DNA from: Fibrobacter succinogenes subsp. succinogenes S85
GTDB taxonomy: Bacteria; Fibrobacterota; Fibrobacteria; Fibrobacterales; Fibrobacteraceae
Direction of reading: 5' to 3'
NCBI RefSeq assembly: GCF_000146505.1
Contig: NC_017448.1
Location: 3,420,001-3,452,000 of the forward strand
Length of the DNA: 32,000 bases
In this document: positions 1-7,774 of the stretch, piece by piece
Position numbering within the stretch: position 1 is the first letter of the stretch
Layout: every line of letters begins with the position of its first letter
Program-made: the position numbers and the translations under genes
The notes under the pieces: generated by a model
The model's database searches: none
Told to the model about the DNA's origin: nothing
Seen by the model: the letters and a program-made list of their open reading frames with translations, nothing else

Positions 1-526
1 CAACAGATGCGGATTCCGATTGCAAACGGACGAGCTTAAAGTCCTGTAAAATGATTAATAGTTTATATGTACCAAGTGCGGAAAGTTTTGAAAATTGAGC
101 GATTTCGTCTTGTAGTGCGACTAAACTAATATCTTTTGCTGGCATTCTCGAAAGCACAAACAACAGCGACGGGAAAGTTGTGATCAAGTCGCTTTTGCGC
201 TTGTTCTCTTGCGCAATGTGGTTGCGCTGTGTGAGGAACGCGAGAATGGACTTGAGCCAGATGGGCTGTTCTTTCATCGTGTCGTGCAAGGCGCTTTGCG
301 GAACGACTTCGATTTCGCAATCTTCTTCGGCGTGGACCGTGTATTCCATGGGCTCGCCTGCGATGAGGCTGAGTTCGCCAAATGTGGATCCAGGGCCGAA
401 ATTCAGGACTTGTGTGCCGTTTTGCTCGTCCTTGGAAGTTGCTGTAAGCGCACCGCTTTTGACGATGTAAAATGAATGGGTGAGGTCGCCTTGCAGGCAG
501 AGATTTTCGCCTTCTCTTAAAATCAT
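1..526 (-). CDS. cyclic nucleotide-binding (Crp/PKA-type cNMP) domain protein; 3' end lies outside the window
   Basis: The reverse-strand frame is open from ATG 526-524 to position 1. It is missing from the ORF track only because no stop lies in the window. My translation is MILREGENLCLQGDLTHSFYIVKSGALTATSKDEQNGTQVLNFGPGSTFGELSLIAGEPMEYTVHAEEDCEIEVVPQSALHDTMKEQPIWLKS... FGELSL with the flanking beta-roll pattern is the classic cNMP-binding signature. The ATG overlaps the upstream stop as ATGA. Confidence 0.6.
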   Translation of the reverse strand, partial: MILREGENLCLQGDLTHSFYIVKSGALTATSKDEQNGTQVLNFGPGSTFGELSLIAGEPMEYTVHAEEDCEIEVVPQSALHDTMKEQPIWLKSILAFLTQRNHIAQENKRKSDLITTFPSLLFVLSRMPAKDISLVALQDEIAQFSKLSALGTYKLLIILQDFKLVRLQSESASV

Positions 527-1431
527 TTGACCGTCCCCTTGAGATTTGGCTCGTACTGCAAAGCCAATAAATAGTAATTTACTTTGTCAAAATTAAGGGC
601 AAACAGATGGTTCTCTTTTTCGATGAACCATTCAAATTGCTGCATTTGGAGCCAGTCTGTAACGCCAACTTCAAGGTTATGTTCCTTGAATAAATTCATC
701 CATGCGGAACCTTCTATGGTCGTGTCTGGTTCGAGAGTCGATAGCCAAACGAGACATCTCTTTTGCTGGAGCGTGAGCTTGAACGGTAGCCACGGAAGTT
801 CAAGTTCTTGCGTCTTGAGGTAATCCGCAAAAATTTCGAGAAGGCGCGGGTCCGGGACGGTAAGCGTTGAGCCGTTGGCTTGCTGGATAAGCATCTTGCG
901 GCGGATAAGCGTCTTTAGAGCTTCGTTTGCAGCGGGGAACGGCGTCTTGGTGAGCCACGAGAATTCTTGCAACAGCAACTGCTTTTGCAAAATTTCGTCT
1001 TTGCTGTAGAATTTGCAGAAAGAGGCGAGGCTTTCGAGCGGATTTTCCGTCTTTGCGGCGCGGATGGACTCGTTGATACGGCGCGTTTTGGCCGAAATCG
1101 CCTTGATAGCTGCCAAAAGCCAGACGGGGAGCGCCTTTAGCTCGGATTCCATGCACTCGTCATTGATGATGGTGATGGTGGAATCGGTGGTCGCCTGGAA
1201 AATATAGCGTACGGGTTCGCGTTCAAGCAGGGCGCCTACGCCCACGAGATTTCCGGGATGGATTTTGAAAACGACCTTGTTGTTCGCTTTTGGATCGAGT
1301 GCGACAAGCTCACCTTCGTTCAAAAGGATGATTTTCTTGTCTTCGTCCTCTGGTGAGGATACAACAAAACCCGCCTTCACGCGGAGTCGCGTGGGCGGGA
1401 TAAGTCTTGGTTGCGAATTCCCCGTAATCAT
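523..1431 (-). CDS. cNMP-binding-like domain protein, paralog of the gene at 1-526; function unknown
   Basis: 302-aa ORF. The N-terminal ~110 aa has a degenerate cNMP beta-roll layout (NEGELVALD...GNLVGVGALLEREP). The segment after it parallels the downstream gene (LPVWLLAAIKAISAKTRRINE vs QPIWLKSILAFLTQRNHIAQE). It starts 31 nt after the rplS stop on the same strand. Confidence 0.5.
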   Translation of the reverse strand: MITGNSQPRLIPPTRLRVKAGFVVSSPEDEDKKIILLNEGELVALDPKANNKVVFKIHPGNLVGVGALLEREPVRYIFQATTDSTITIINDECMESELKALPVWLLAAIKAISAKTRRINESIRAAKTENPLESLASFCKFYSKDEILQKQLLLQEFSWLTKTPFPAANEALKTLIRRKMLIQQANGSTLTVPDPRLLEIFADYLKTQELELPWLPFKLTLQQKRCLVWLSTLEPDTTIEGSAWMNLFKEHNLEVGVTDWLQMQQFEWFIEKENHLFALNFDKVNYYLLALQYEPNLKGTVK

Positions 1432-1462
1432 CGGGAAATAACCGCCTTCGAAGTCCGGCTAA

Positions 1463-1810
1463 TTAAGCCTGGCGTTCTTCGATACGTGCAGCCTTACCGC
1501 GGAGGTCGCGCATGTAGTAAATGCGAGCCTGGTGAACCTTACCGGAGCGTTCGACAATGATGGAGTCGATGCGCGGGGAGTTGACCGGGAAGATACGTTC
1601 GACAGCGACTGCACCGGACATCTTGCGGACCGTGATGGACTTGCCGATGCCAGAGTTCTTCTGCTGAATAACGACGCCCTTGAACGGCTGGATACGTTCC
1701 TTGGTACCTTCGATAACCTTGACGTTAACGGTAACGGTATCGCCAGCACGGAATTCCGGAAGGTCGGTCTTCAAATTTTCGTTTTGGATTGCTTCAATGT
1801 TCAGGGACAT
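1463..1810 (-). CDS. rplS: 50S ribosomal protein bL19
   Basis: ORF 1463-1840 trimmed to ATG 1810 (MSLNIEAIQ...), which has GAGGT 8 nt upstream. [28 protein letters not shown] ... [31 protein letters not shown] is unmistakably L19. It follows trmD as in the conserved cluster. Confidence 0.95.
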   Translation of the reverse strand: MSLNIEAIQNENLKTDLPEFRAGDTVTVNVKVIEGTKERIQPFKGVVIQQKNSGIGKSITVRKMSGAVAVERIFPVNSPRIDSIIVERSGKVHQARIYYMRDLRGKAARIEERQA

Positions 1811-1826
1811 AATGTGTACCTCGTTA

Positions 1827-2531
1827 TTATTTGTCGCCAAATGTAGTATTTATTTCAAGATTTTTAAAGATGTCGGGGCGTCTTTCTTGCGTTCTTTTTA
1901 ACGATTCTTGACGTCTCCACTCTGAAATGTTCTTGTGATGACCGGAAAGTAGCACCTCAGGCACCTTTTTTCCTTCGAATTCTTCGGGGCGGGTGTAGAC
2001 AGGCCAGCCCAAAACGCCTTGCGCGAAGGAGTCCGTTTCACCGGATTCCTTGTGGCCTAGAGCCCCGTCCAGCAGTCGCACTACGGCGTCCGTGACGAGC
2101 ATCGCCGGAAGTTCGCCTCCGCTCACGACAAAATCGCCGATGGAAATTTCCATGTCGACCTCGGTCTGGCGGATGCGGTCATCGATTCCCTTGTAGTGTC
2201 CGCAGACAAGAACAAGGTGGTTTTCTTGAGAGAGTTCTTTGGCAATCTTGTGTGTGAAGGGGACGCCATCTGCCGTGAGGTAGATGACTTTTCCGCCATC
2301 TTCCTTGACTCCCGTGCTGCGAATGGCTTTCGCAAGCGGTTCGGGACGGAGTACCATGCCCGGTTCGCCACCATACGGAACATCGTCCACCTGCCCGTAG
2401 GCGTTGATGGCGAAGTCTCGCAGATAGACTGTATTGAACTCAAACAAGCCTTTTGCCTGTGCGCGGCCCATGATTGAACTTTTCATCGGCGCGAACATTT
2501 CGGGGAAGATGGTGATGCAGTCGATCTTCAT
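1827..2531 (-). CDS. trmD: tRNA (guanine37-N1)-methyltransferase TrmD
   Basis: [16 protein letters not shown]..., [35 protein letters not shown] are TrmD hallmarks. Start chosen at ATG 2531, which forms an ATGA overlap with the rimM stop; the ORF-track start 2546 is the alternative. Confidence 0.93.
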   Translation of the reverse strand: MKIDCITIFPEMFAPMKSSIMGRAQAKGLFEFNTVYLRDFAINAYGQVDDVPYGGEPGMVLRPEPLAKAIRSTGVKEDGGKVIYLTADGVPFTHKIAKELSQENHLVLVCGHYKGIDDRIRQTEVDMEISIGDFVVSGGELPAMLVTDAVVRLLDGALGHKESGETDSFAQGVLGWPVYTRPEEFEGKKVPEVLLSGHHKNISEWRRQESLKRTQERRPDIFKNLEINTTFGDK

Positions 2532-3085
2532 CGTTCCTCCGGGCAAACGGATTTTAAATAGTCGCTATCACAAACAATGAACTTTTCTTCGTCGTTGATT
2601 TCCTTGACGCAATCGTCAATCCAAGGGGCGAGGATGGACTTGCTGCTGAATTCGGATTGCACGGCAAGGTCGAACTTGATGAGGAACGCATCGACCGTCA
2701 TCAGTTCTTGCACTTCGATGACTTCGCCAACGTCGCGACCGTCTTCGGTGTGGACGCGGAAACCTTCCAGGTCGTCAAGATAGTATTCGCCTTCGGGGAG
2801 CGGGAGACGTTCGGATTCGGGAATCATGACGTCGCCATTGACGAGCGGGGAGAGTGCTTCTGGAGTGTCGAAACCCTTGAATTTCAAAAGCCAGAGGTTG
2901 TTTGCCTGCTTGGCATCTTCGAGGGTGAGTTCCAAAACTTCGCCATTCCTCTTTTGAACGCGCACGTCTTTAAGGCTCTTGCAGCGAGTCAGGTCGTGGG
3001 TCAGGGGCATCGCTTTGATGTAGCCTTTGACGCCATGCGCACGCATGAGCTGGCAGACGGTGATGTATTCTTCGGAATCGGGCAT
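2528..3085 (-). CDS. rimM: 16S rRNA processing protein RimM
   Basis: 185 aa. The N-terminus EYITVCQLMRAHGVKGYIKAMPLT and a PRC-barrel-like C-terminal half fit RimM. It lies between rpsP and trmD as in the conserved rpsP-rimM-trmD-rplS cluster. Confidence 0.88.
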   Translation of the reverse strand: MPDSEEYITVCQLMRAHGVKGYIKAMPLTHDLTRCKSLKDVRVQKRNGEVLELTLEDAKQANNLWLLKFKGFDTPEALSPLVNGDVMIPESERLPLPEGEYYLDDLEGFRVHTEDGRDVGEVIEVQELMTVDAFLIKFDLAVQSEFSSKSILAPWIDDCVKEINDEEKFIVCDSDYLKSVCPEER

Positions 3086-3086
3086 T

Positions 3087-3121
3087 TCTTAGAAGAAAGA
3101 CGAGAGACTAGAGACGAGAGA
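3087..3121 (-). repeat. heptad-phased leader repeat (TCTCTCG/TCTCTAG family) abutting the rimM ATG
   Basis: The coding strand reads TCTCTCG TCTCTAG TCTCTCG TCTTTCT TCTAAGA A-ATG. The 24-nt core 3098-3121 matches 7718-7741 at 23 of 24 positions. Confidence 0.8.
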
Positions 3122-3142
3122 TGGTTGTTTGTGGTTTGCTAA

Positions 3143-3173
3143 AGAAAAAAGTCCCGTGCATGCGGCACGAGAC
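3143..3173 (-). terminator. intrinsic terminator/attenuator hairpin after rpsP
   Basis: GTCCCGTGC (3151-3159) pairs with GCACGAGAC (3165-3173): 9 bp with one mismatch. On the minus strand a U-run follows it (plus-strand A6 at 3145-3150). It lies 18 nt past the rpsP stop. Confidence 0.55.
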
Positions 3174-3191
3174 TCTTTATTAAAGGCGTAA

Positions 3192-3605
3192 TTAAGCCTG
3201 TGCTTCTTCAGCGGCCGGAGCTTCAGCAGCTTCCTTGGCAGCCTTTTCGGCTTCGAGGCGAGCCTGAGCCTTCGGGCTCAACTTGCGCTGCTTGGACTTG
3301 ATTTCGCGAGCGACCGGAGCCTTGCCTTCGATGGAGCGGTTGGCCTTGAGGTCGTGGAACAAGTCAGAAATGCCAGTCTTCTTGAGGAGAGACTTGACAG
3401 TGTCAGACGGCTGTGCACCGACGGAGAGCCACTTGAGGACCTTTTCCTGTTCGAAGCGGATTTCCGGCTGCTTGAGGTTCGGGTTGAAGAAACCGACCTG
3501 TTCGATAAAGCTATCGTCGCGAGCCTTGCGGTTGTCGATGACGACGATGCGGTAGATCGGGTTGTGACGCTTGCCGAAGCGGGCGAGACGGATAACAGTT
3601 GCCAT
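3192..3605 (-). CDS. rpsP: 30S ribosomal protein bS16
   Basis: MATVIRLARFGKRHNPIYRIVVIDNRKARDDSFIEQVGFFNP is canonical S16. Start trimmed from 3674 to ATG 3605, which has AGAGGT upstream. The C-terminal tail is rich in Ala, Glu and Lys. Confidence 0.95.
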   Translation of the reverse strand: MATVIRLARFGKRHNPIYRIVVIDNRKARDDSFIEQVGFFNPNLKQPEIRFEQEKVLKWLSVGAQPSDTVKSLLKKTGISDLFHDLKANRSIEGKAPVAREIKSKQRKLSPKAQARLEAEKAAKEAAEAPAAEEAQA

Positions 3606-3691
3606 TTTATACCTCTTTATGGGGTTTTTCCCGAAATTTCGGGGTTTTAGTTCTTTTGATGCCAAATATAGCAAACTTGCTTTTGTGTGTA

Positions 3692-3721
3692 AAGGACGGC
3701 AATGAAAAAAAATCCGTCCTT
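3692..3721. other. 8-bp stem hairpin in the rpsP / GGDEF divergent spacer
   Basis: AAGGACGG (3692-3699) pairs with CCGTCCTT (3714-3721) around a 14-nt A-rich loop, and TTTCTT follows on the plus strand. There is no upstream plus-strand gene for it to terminate. Confidence 0.3.
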
Positions 3722-3928
3722 TTCTTATAAATTAATTTGTTGAGCGGTGCGAAAAACTATAAAATTGCCGAAATTCATTCAAAAACGCCAAATTTGAGCC
3801 GGCGGATTACCTATGTGTGATATACTTCAAACTTCTTACAATCTGTGGCTGAATTCCAGTTGTTTTTCGATTTTCTCCCCAAATAAAGAGTTATATTAAG
3901 TATGTATAATGATTTGAGGGGCCATTCT

Positions 3929-5302
3929 ATGGATATGCAATTGACTTTTGAAGATGTTGCATCTGCACTTTCACTTGATTACGAGTGCGTATTCTTTGTC
4001 GATAACGAGACTAATCAGTATGCTATGTTTGCATTTCGAGGCAAGCATACCAAGCTAGGACTGACCGATACGCGAGATTTTTGGGCGGATACGAAGGTCA
4101 ATGTGGAAGCCGTCGTCTATCCCGAAGACAAACAGTCGTTCTCGGAGCATATCAACCGCGAAACGCTCTTGAAAGCGATTCAAGACGATAACGTTTTTAA
4201 TTTCAAGTACCGTCTGCTGGTGGAAGGGGAACCTGTCTGGTTCCAGATGAAGGCTGTCCTTGGGCATTCGCAGGGGCGGGAATATTTGATTATTGGTGTG
4301 ACCAACATTGATAAGCAGGAACGTGAACGATTGGAATTGGAACAGAAGGCGTCCAAGAGCAAGGTTTACGGACAAATTGTGATGGCGCTTGCTGAGCGCT
4401 ATGATGCCTTGTACATGGTGGATTTGGTGACGGACCATTTTGCACAGTACAAGAGCGAACGCTTGTTCTGCGAGTTGAGCATTACCGTTGAAGGCGATGA
4501 CTTCTTCAATCAGCTGAAGAAGGATGCCATGCAGGTTATCTATAAAGATGATATCCCGCTGCTAATTGCGGCGCTGGAACGCGAAACGTTCTTGCGCGAA
4601 CTCGATGAGCATGGCGTGTTCTCGCTAACGTACCGACTGAATAGCCCGACGGGCCCAATGTATGTGAATTTGGTGGCTGTCTATGCCGACAAGAATCACG
4701 TTGTCATCAGTGTGACTAATGTCGATGCCCAGGTGCGCCGTGAACAGAAAATCAGGGAAGAGGCGAGCGCCAACTACGAGAAAGCGCGTCATGATGATTT
4801 GACTGGCATCAGGAACAAGAATGCTTACAACGAATTCGAAAAGCAACTAGATGAGCAGATCAAGTGTGGTAAGGATATCGAGTTTGCCATTGCTCTTTGT
4901 GATGTGAACGGCCTCAAGACTGTAAACGATACGCAAGGGCACAAGACGGGTGATATATACATTAGGGATGCGGCTAAGCTTATTTGCGAAACCTTTAAGC
5001 ATAGCCCCGTATTCCGCGTGGGCGGTGATGAATTTGTTGTAGTTTTGCGTGGGTCTGATTTCACTAACCGCGAAGAGCTTTCACAGCAATTTTATGAAAC
5101 CGTAAAGCGCAATGCCGAAGAAGATAAGGTTATTGTGGCTTGCGGCATTTCCGTGTACGACAAGGCTCACGACAAAAATACAGCCGCAGTCTTTGAACGC
5201 GCCGACGCCATGATGTACAGGAACAAGATGTCCCTCAAGGGTGGTCGCGACGAAATCATCAATACGATTATCAGAACCATCGGCGCGAGAATGAATATCT
5301 AG
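3929..5302 (+). CDS. diguanylate cyclase (GGDEF domain) with two N-terminal PAS-like repeats
   Basis: C-terminal GGDEF domain: DDLTGIRNKNAY, ALCDVNGLKTVNDTQGHKTGD, RVGGDEFVVV, ERADAMMYRNK. The N-terminal half is two ~125-aa repeats (..FKYRLLVEGEPVWFQMKAV..IIGVTNIDKQ and ..LTYRLNSPTGPMYVNLVAV..VISVTNVDAQ). Start set at ATG 3929, with GAGGGG 8 nt upstream; 3902 is also possible. There is no RxxD I-site five residues before GGDEF. Confidence 0.85.
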   Translation: MDMQLTFEDVASALSLDYECVFFVDNETNQYAMFAFRGKHTKLGLTDTRDFWADTKVNVEAVVYPEDKQSFSEHINRETLLKAIQDDNVFNFKYRLLVEGEPVWFQMKAVLGHSQGREYLIIGVTNIDKQERERLELEQKASKSKVYGQIVMALAERYDALYMVDLVTDHFAQYKSERLFCELSITVEGDDFFNQLKKDAMQVIYKDDIPLLIAALERETFLRELDEHGVFSLTYRLNSPTGPMYVNLVAVYADKNHVVISVTNVDAQVRREQKIREEASANYEKARHDDLTGIRNKNAYNEFEKQLDEQIKCGKDIEFAIALCDVNGLKTVNDTQGHKTGDIYIRDAAKLICETFKHSPVFRVGGDEFVVVLRGSDFTNREELSQQFYETVKRNAEEDKVIVACGISVYDKAHDKNTAAVFERADAMMYRNKMSLKGGRDEIINTIIRTIGARMNI

Positions 5303-5499
5303 TGTTGTTTTGCGTTATGGGCGAAATGTCGCCTATTGATTGCAAAATGAAAGGCGTGCAGCGCGACCCCTTGTTTTTGAAAATTGAACATTTTATATTA
5401 TAGAAACCACCTTAGTAGTGTGTTGCCGGGTTTCACCAGTCTAGTGATACTCCATAGTTATTAGATGCGTTACTTATATGAAAAATAAAGGACATAGCT

Positions 5500-5718
5500 A
5501 TGGCTAGACCCATTCGTGAAACTCCGATTCTCTTTGGCGAAGATGCCCGCCGCTTTCTTGCGGCGATGCAGGAACGTCGCCCAGAACCTCCAGAAGTTCG
5601 AGCCCGTCGTTTGCGGAACTACGAATATATGAAAAAGGCTTACGAGCTGGGTATGGCTGAAAAGCGTGCCCGCGAAGAAGCCAATGGAGGTGTTGATCCT
5701 TGTTTCCGAAAAGTGTAA
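5500..5718 (+). CDS. small protein, candidate antitoxin partner of the downstream GNAT
   Basis: 72 aa, with AAGGA 8 nt before the ATG. It is charged and helical-looking (RRFLAAMQERRPEPPEVRARRLRNYEYMKKAYELGMAEKRAREE). It overlaps or abuts the GNAT ORF. I do not recognise it as a DUF1778/RHH antitoxin. Confidence 0.5.
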   Translation: MARPIRETPILFGEDARRFLAAMQERRPEPPEVRARRLRNYEYMKKAYELGMAEKRAREEANGGVDPCFRKV

Positions 5719-6263
5719 ATAGTAATTACCCGTTGAAATTTATTCGTTTAGATCCGACAAATGGTGTAAAGGCTTTTGATTGTGGCGATAAAGATTTAAA
5801 CGATTTTATACTTAATCGGGCTCCAGAATTTCAAAAATATCTGCTGTCAGTCAGTTACGCTTGTGTTGATGTTGACGATGCGAGTAAAGTCTATGCCTAT
5901 TGCAGTCTTGCCAATGACAAGGTTGCCGTGGGTGATTTCAAGGATAAGACCGAATTCAATCGTTTTCGTAAAAAGCAGGGCTTTCCAAATGAAAAACGTT
6001 TGAAAAGCTATCCTGCGGTTAAACTCTGCCGGATGGGCGTTGATGAATCTGCGAAAGGTCGTCAAATAGGGACGACAGTTTTAGATTACATCAAGTCGAT
6101 GTTTGTCTTTGAAAATAAGACGGGTTGCCGATTCTTGACGGTTGATGCGTATTTGAAGGCGGTTCCTTTTTATGAGAAAAACGGGTTTCGCTTTATGAAC
6201 ATCGAAGATGACGATCCCCATACGCGCCTGATGTACTTTGATTTGATGGATTTGGTGGCGTGA
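5700..6263 (+). CDS. GNAT acetyltransferase with TacT/AtaT-like toxin architecture
   Basis: The layout FDCGDKDLNDFIL ... YPAVKLCRMGVDESAKGRQIGTTVLDYI ... FLTVDAYLKAVPFYEKNGFRF ... TRLMYFDL matches GNAT toxins of type II TA pairs. The ORF-track start is TTG 5700 (19-nt overlap with the upstream ORF); TTG 5733 is an alternative. Confidence 0.72.
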   Translation: MFPKSVNSNYPLKFIRLDPTNGVKAFDCGDKDLNDFILNRAPEFQKYLLSVSYACVDVDDASKVYAYCSLANDKVAVGDFKDKTEFNRFRKKQGFPNEKRLKSYPAVKLCRMGVDESAKGRQIGTTVLDYIKSMFVFENKTGCRFLTVDAYLKAVPFYEKNGFRFMNIEDDDPHTRLMYFDLMDLVA

Positions 6264-6284
6264 AAATTTCAAAGCCTAGATTAT

Positions 6285-6320
6285 AAAAAAAGTCCGCTTG
6301 CTTTTGCAAACGGACTTTTA
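6285..6320. terminator. bidirectional intrinsic terminator between the convergent GNAT gene and ffh
   Basis: A7 (6285-6291), then stem AGTCCGCTTGC / GCAAACGGACT (6291-6301 with 6306-6316; 11 positions, 10 paired with one mismatch) around loop TTTT, then T4 (6316-6319, first T shared with the stem). Confidence 0.75.
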
Positions 6321-6331
6321 AAATGCGGCGC

Positions 6332-7696
6332 TTAGCGCTTCTTTTTCTTGTTCTTGTCTTTAGGCGGGGTGTAGTTTGAACCGATGGTACCGCCGTTGTT
6401 CTGGCGCTTGGCGAAATCGCCGACCTTCTTGAACATTTCCTTCATGCTTTCGTACTGCTTGAGCACTGCGTTCACGCGGGCGGCATCCGTGCCGGAACCC
6501 TTTGCGATACGGGCCTTGCGGCTACCGTCGATAATCTGCGGCTTTTTGCGTTCCTTCGGCGTCATGGAGCTGAGGACAGCTTCCACATAGACCAACTGCT
6601 TTTCGTCAATCTGGTCGAGAGGGAGCTTGTTTAAGCCCGGGATGAGGCTCAAAATGTCCTTGATGCGGCCGAGCTTCTTGATCGTGCGGAGCTGCTTCAA
6701 GAAGTCGTTCAAGTCGAACGTGTTGTTGAGAATCTTTTTCTTGAGGTCCTTCGCGTCCTTTTCATCGATGACCTGCTGTGCTTTTTCCACGAGGGATACC
6801 ACGTCGCCCATGCCGAGGATTCGGCTAGCCATGCGGTCCGGGTGGAAAAGGTCGATTTCGTTCAGCTTTTCGCCAACACCGATAAAGCATATAGGCACGC
6901 CCGTCATCTTCTTGATGCTAAGCGCTGCACCGCCGCGGGTATCGCCATCCATCTTCGAGAGGCAGACGCCCGTGAAGTTCAGGCGGTTCCAGAACGTCTC
7001 GGCGACATTCACTGCTTCCTGACCAATCATAGCATCGGCAACGAACAAAATTTCGTCTGGATGAACCGCATCGCGGGCCTTTTCGAGTTCCTGCATCAGC
7101 TCTTCGTCAATCTGCAAGCGGCCTGCCGTATCGTAAATCACGAGGTCAAAACCGTTGTCCTTAGCATACTGGTAGCCGTGCTTGATGATTTCGACCGGAT
7201 TGCCCTGGCCTTCGTCATAAACCGGAACGCCGATGGACTTGCCGAGCACCTGCAACTGCTTGATAGCGGCCGGACGGTAAACGTCAGCGGCAACGAGGAG
7301 CGGCTTCCTCTTCTTCTTGCTGCGCATCCAGAGTGCGATCTTGCCTGCGAAAGTCGTCTTACCCGAACCCTGCAGACCAACCATCATGATGCCCACCGGA
7401 GACGGTGCGGAAAGATTGATTTCCTTAGTTTCGCCACCCATGACGGCCACAAGTTCGTCGTGGATAATCTTCACAATCTGCTGACCCGGGGTCACGGAAT
7501 TGAGCACTTCGGCGCCCATGGACTTTTCCTTGACGGACTTTACAAAGTCGCGAGTCACGTTGAAGTTCACGTCGGCAGCGAGGAACGCACGACGGACTTC
7601 ACGCAGCGATTCGGCCACGTTTTCTTCGGTGAGTTTGCCCTGCCCACGCAGGTTCTTGAGGGTATTTTCTAGAGAATCAGTCAGCTGTGAAAACAT
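6332..7696 (-). CDS. ffh: signal recognition particle protein Ffh (SRP54)
   Basis: 454 aa. The NG domain shows GLQGSGKTTFAGKIA, DTAGR and LSKMDGDTRGGAALS. The M domain is Met-rich, and the tail is basic. Confidence 0.97.
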   Translation of the reverse strand: MFSQLTDSLENTLKNLRGQGKLTEENVAESLREVRRAFLAADVNFNVTRDFVKSVKEKSMGAEVLNSVTPGQQIVKIIHDELVAVMGGETKEINLSAPSPVGIMMVGLQGSGKTTFAGKIALWMRSKKKRKPLLVAADVYRPAAIKQLQVLGKSIGVPVYDEGQGNPVEIIKHGYQYAKDNGFDLVIYDTAGRLQIDEELMQELEKARDAVHPDEILFVADAMIGQEAVNVAETFWNRLNFTGVCLSKMDGDTRGGAALSIKKMTGVPICFIGVGEKLNEIDLFHPDRMASRILGMGDVVSLVEKAQQVIDEKDAKDLKKKILNNTFDLNDFLKQLRTIKKLGRIKDILSLIPGLNKLPLDQIDEKQLVYVEAVLSSMTPKERKKPQIIDGSRKARIAKGSGTDAARVNAVLKQYESMKEMFKKVGDFAKRQNNGGTIGSNYTPPKDKNKKKKR

Positions 7697-7717
7697 AGTG
7701 GGTCAAATTTAGTAATT

Positions 7718-7748
7718 AGACGAGAGGCTAGAGACGAGAGACGAGAGA
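7718..7748 (-). repeat. heptad-phased leader repeat (TCTCTCG/TCTCTAG family) upstream of ffh
   Basis: The plus strand reads GACGAGA GGCTAGA GACGAGA GACGAGA (7719-7746). The coding strand reads TCTCTCG TCTCTCG TCTCTAG CCTCTCG and ends 22 nt before the ffh ATG. It is near-identical to 3098-3121. Confidence 0.8.
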
Positions 7749-7774
7749 AATGTTAGTGAAAAAGCCACATGGGG

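Noticed and set aside
6842-7672. 276-aa plus-strand ORF opposite ffh
   Set aside because: It is a shadow frame of Ffh, has no motifs, and starts at a non-ATG codon.
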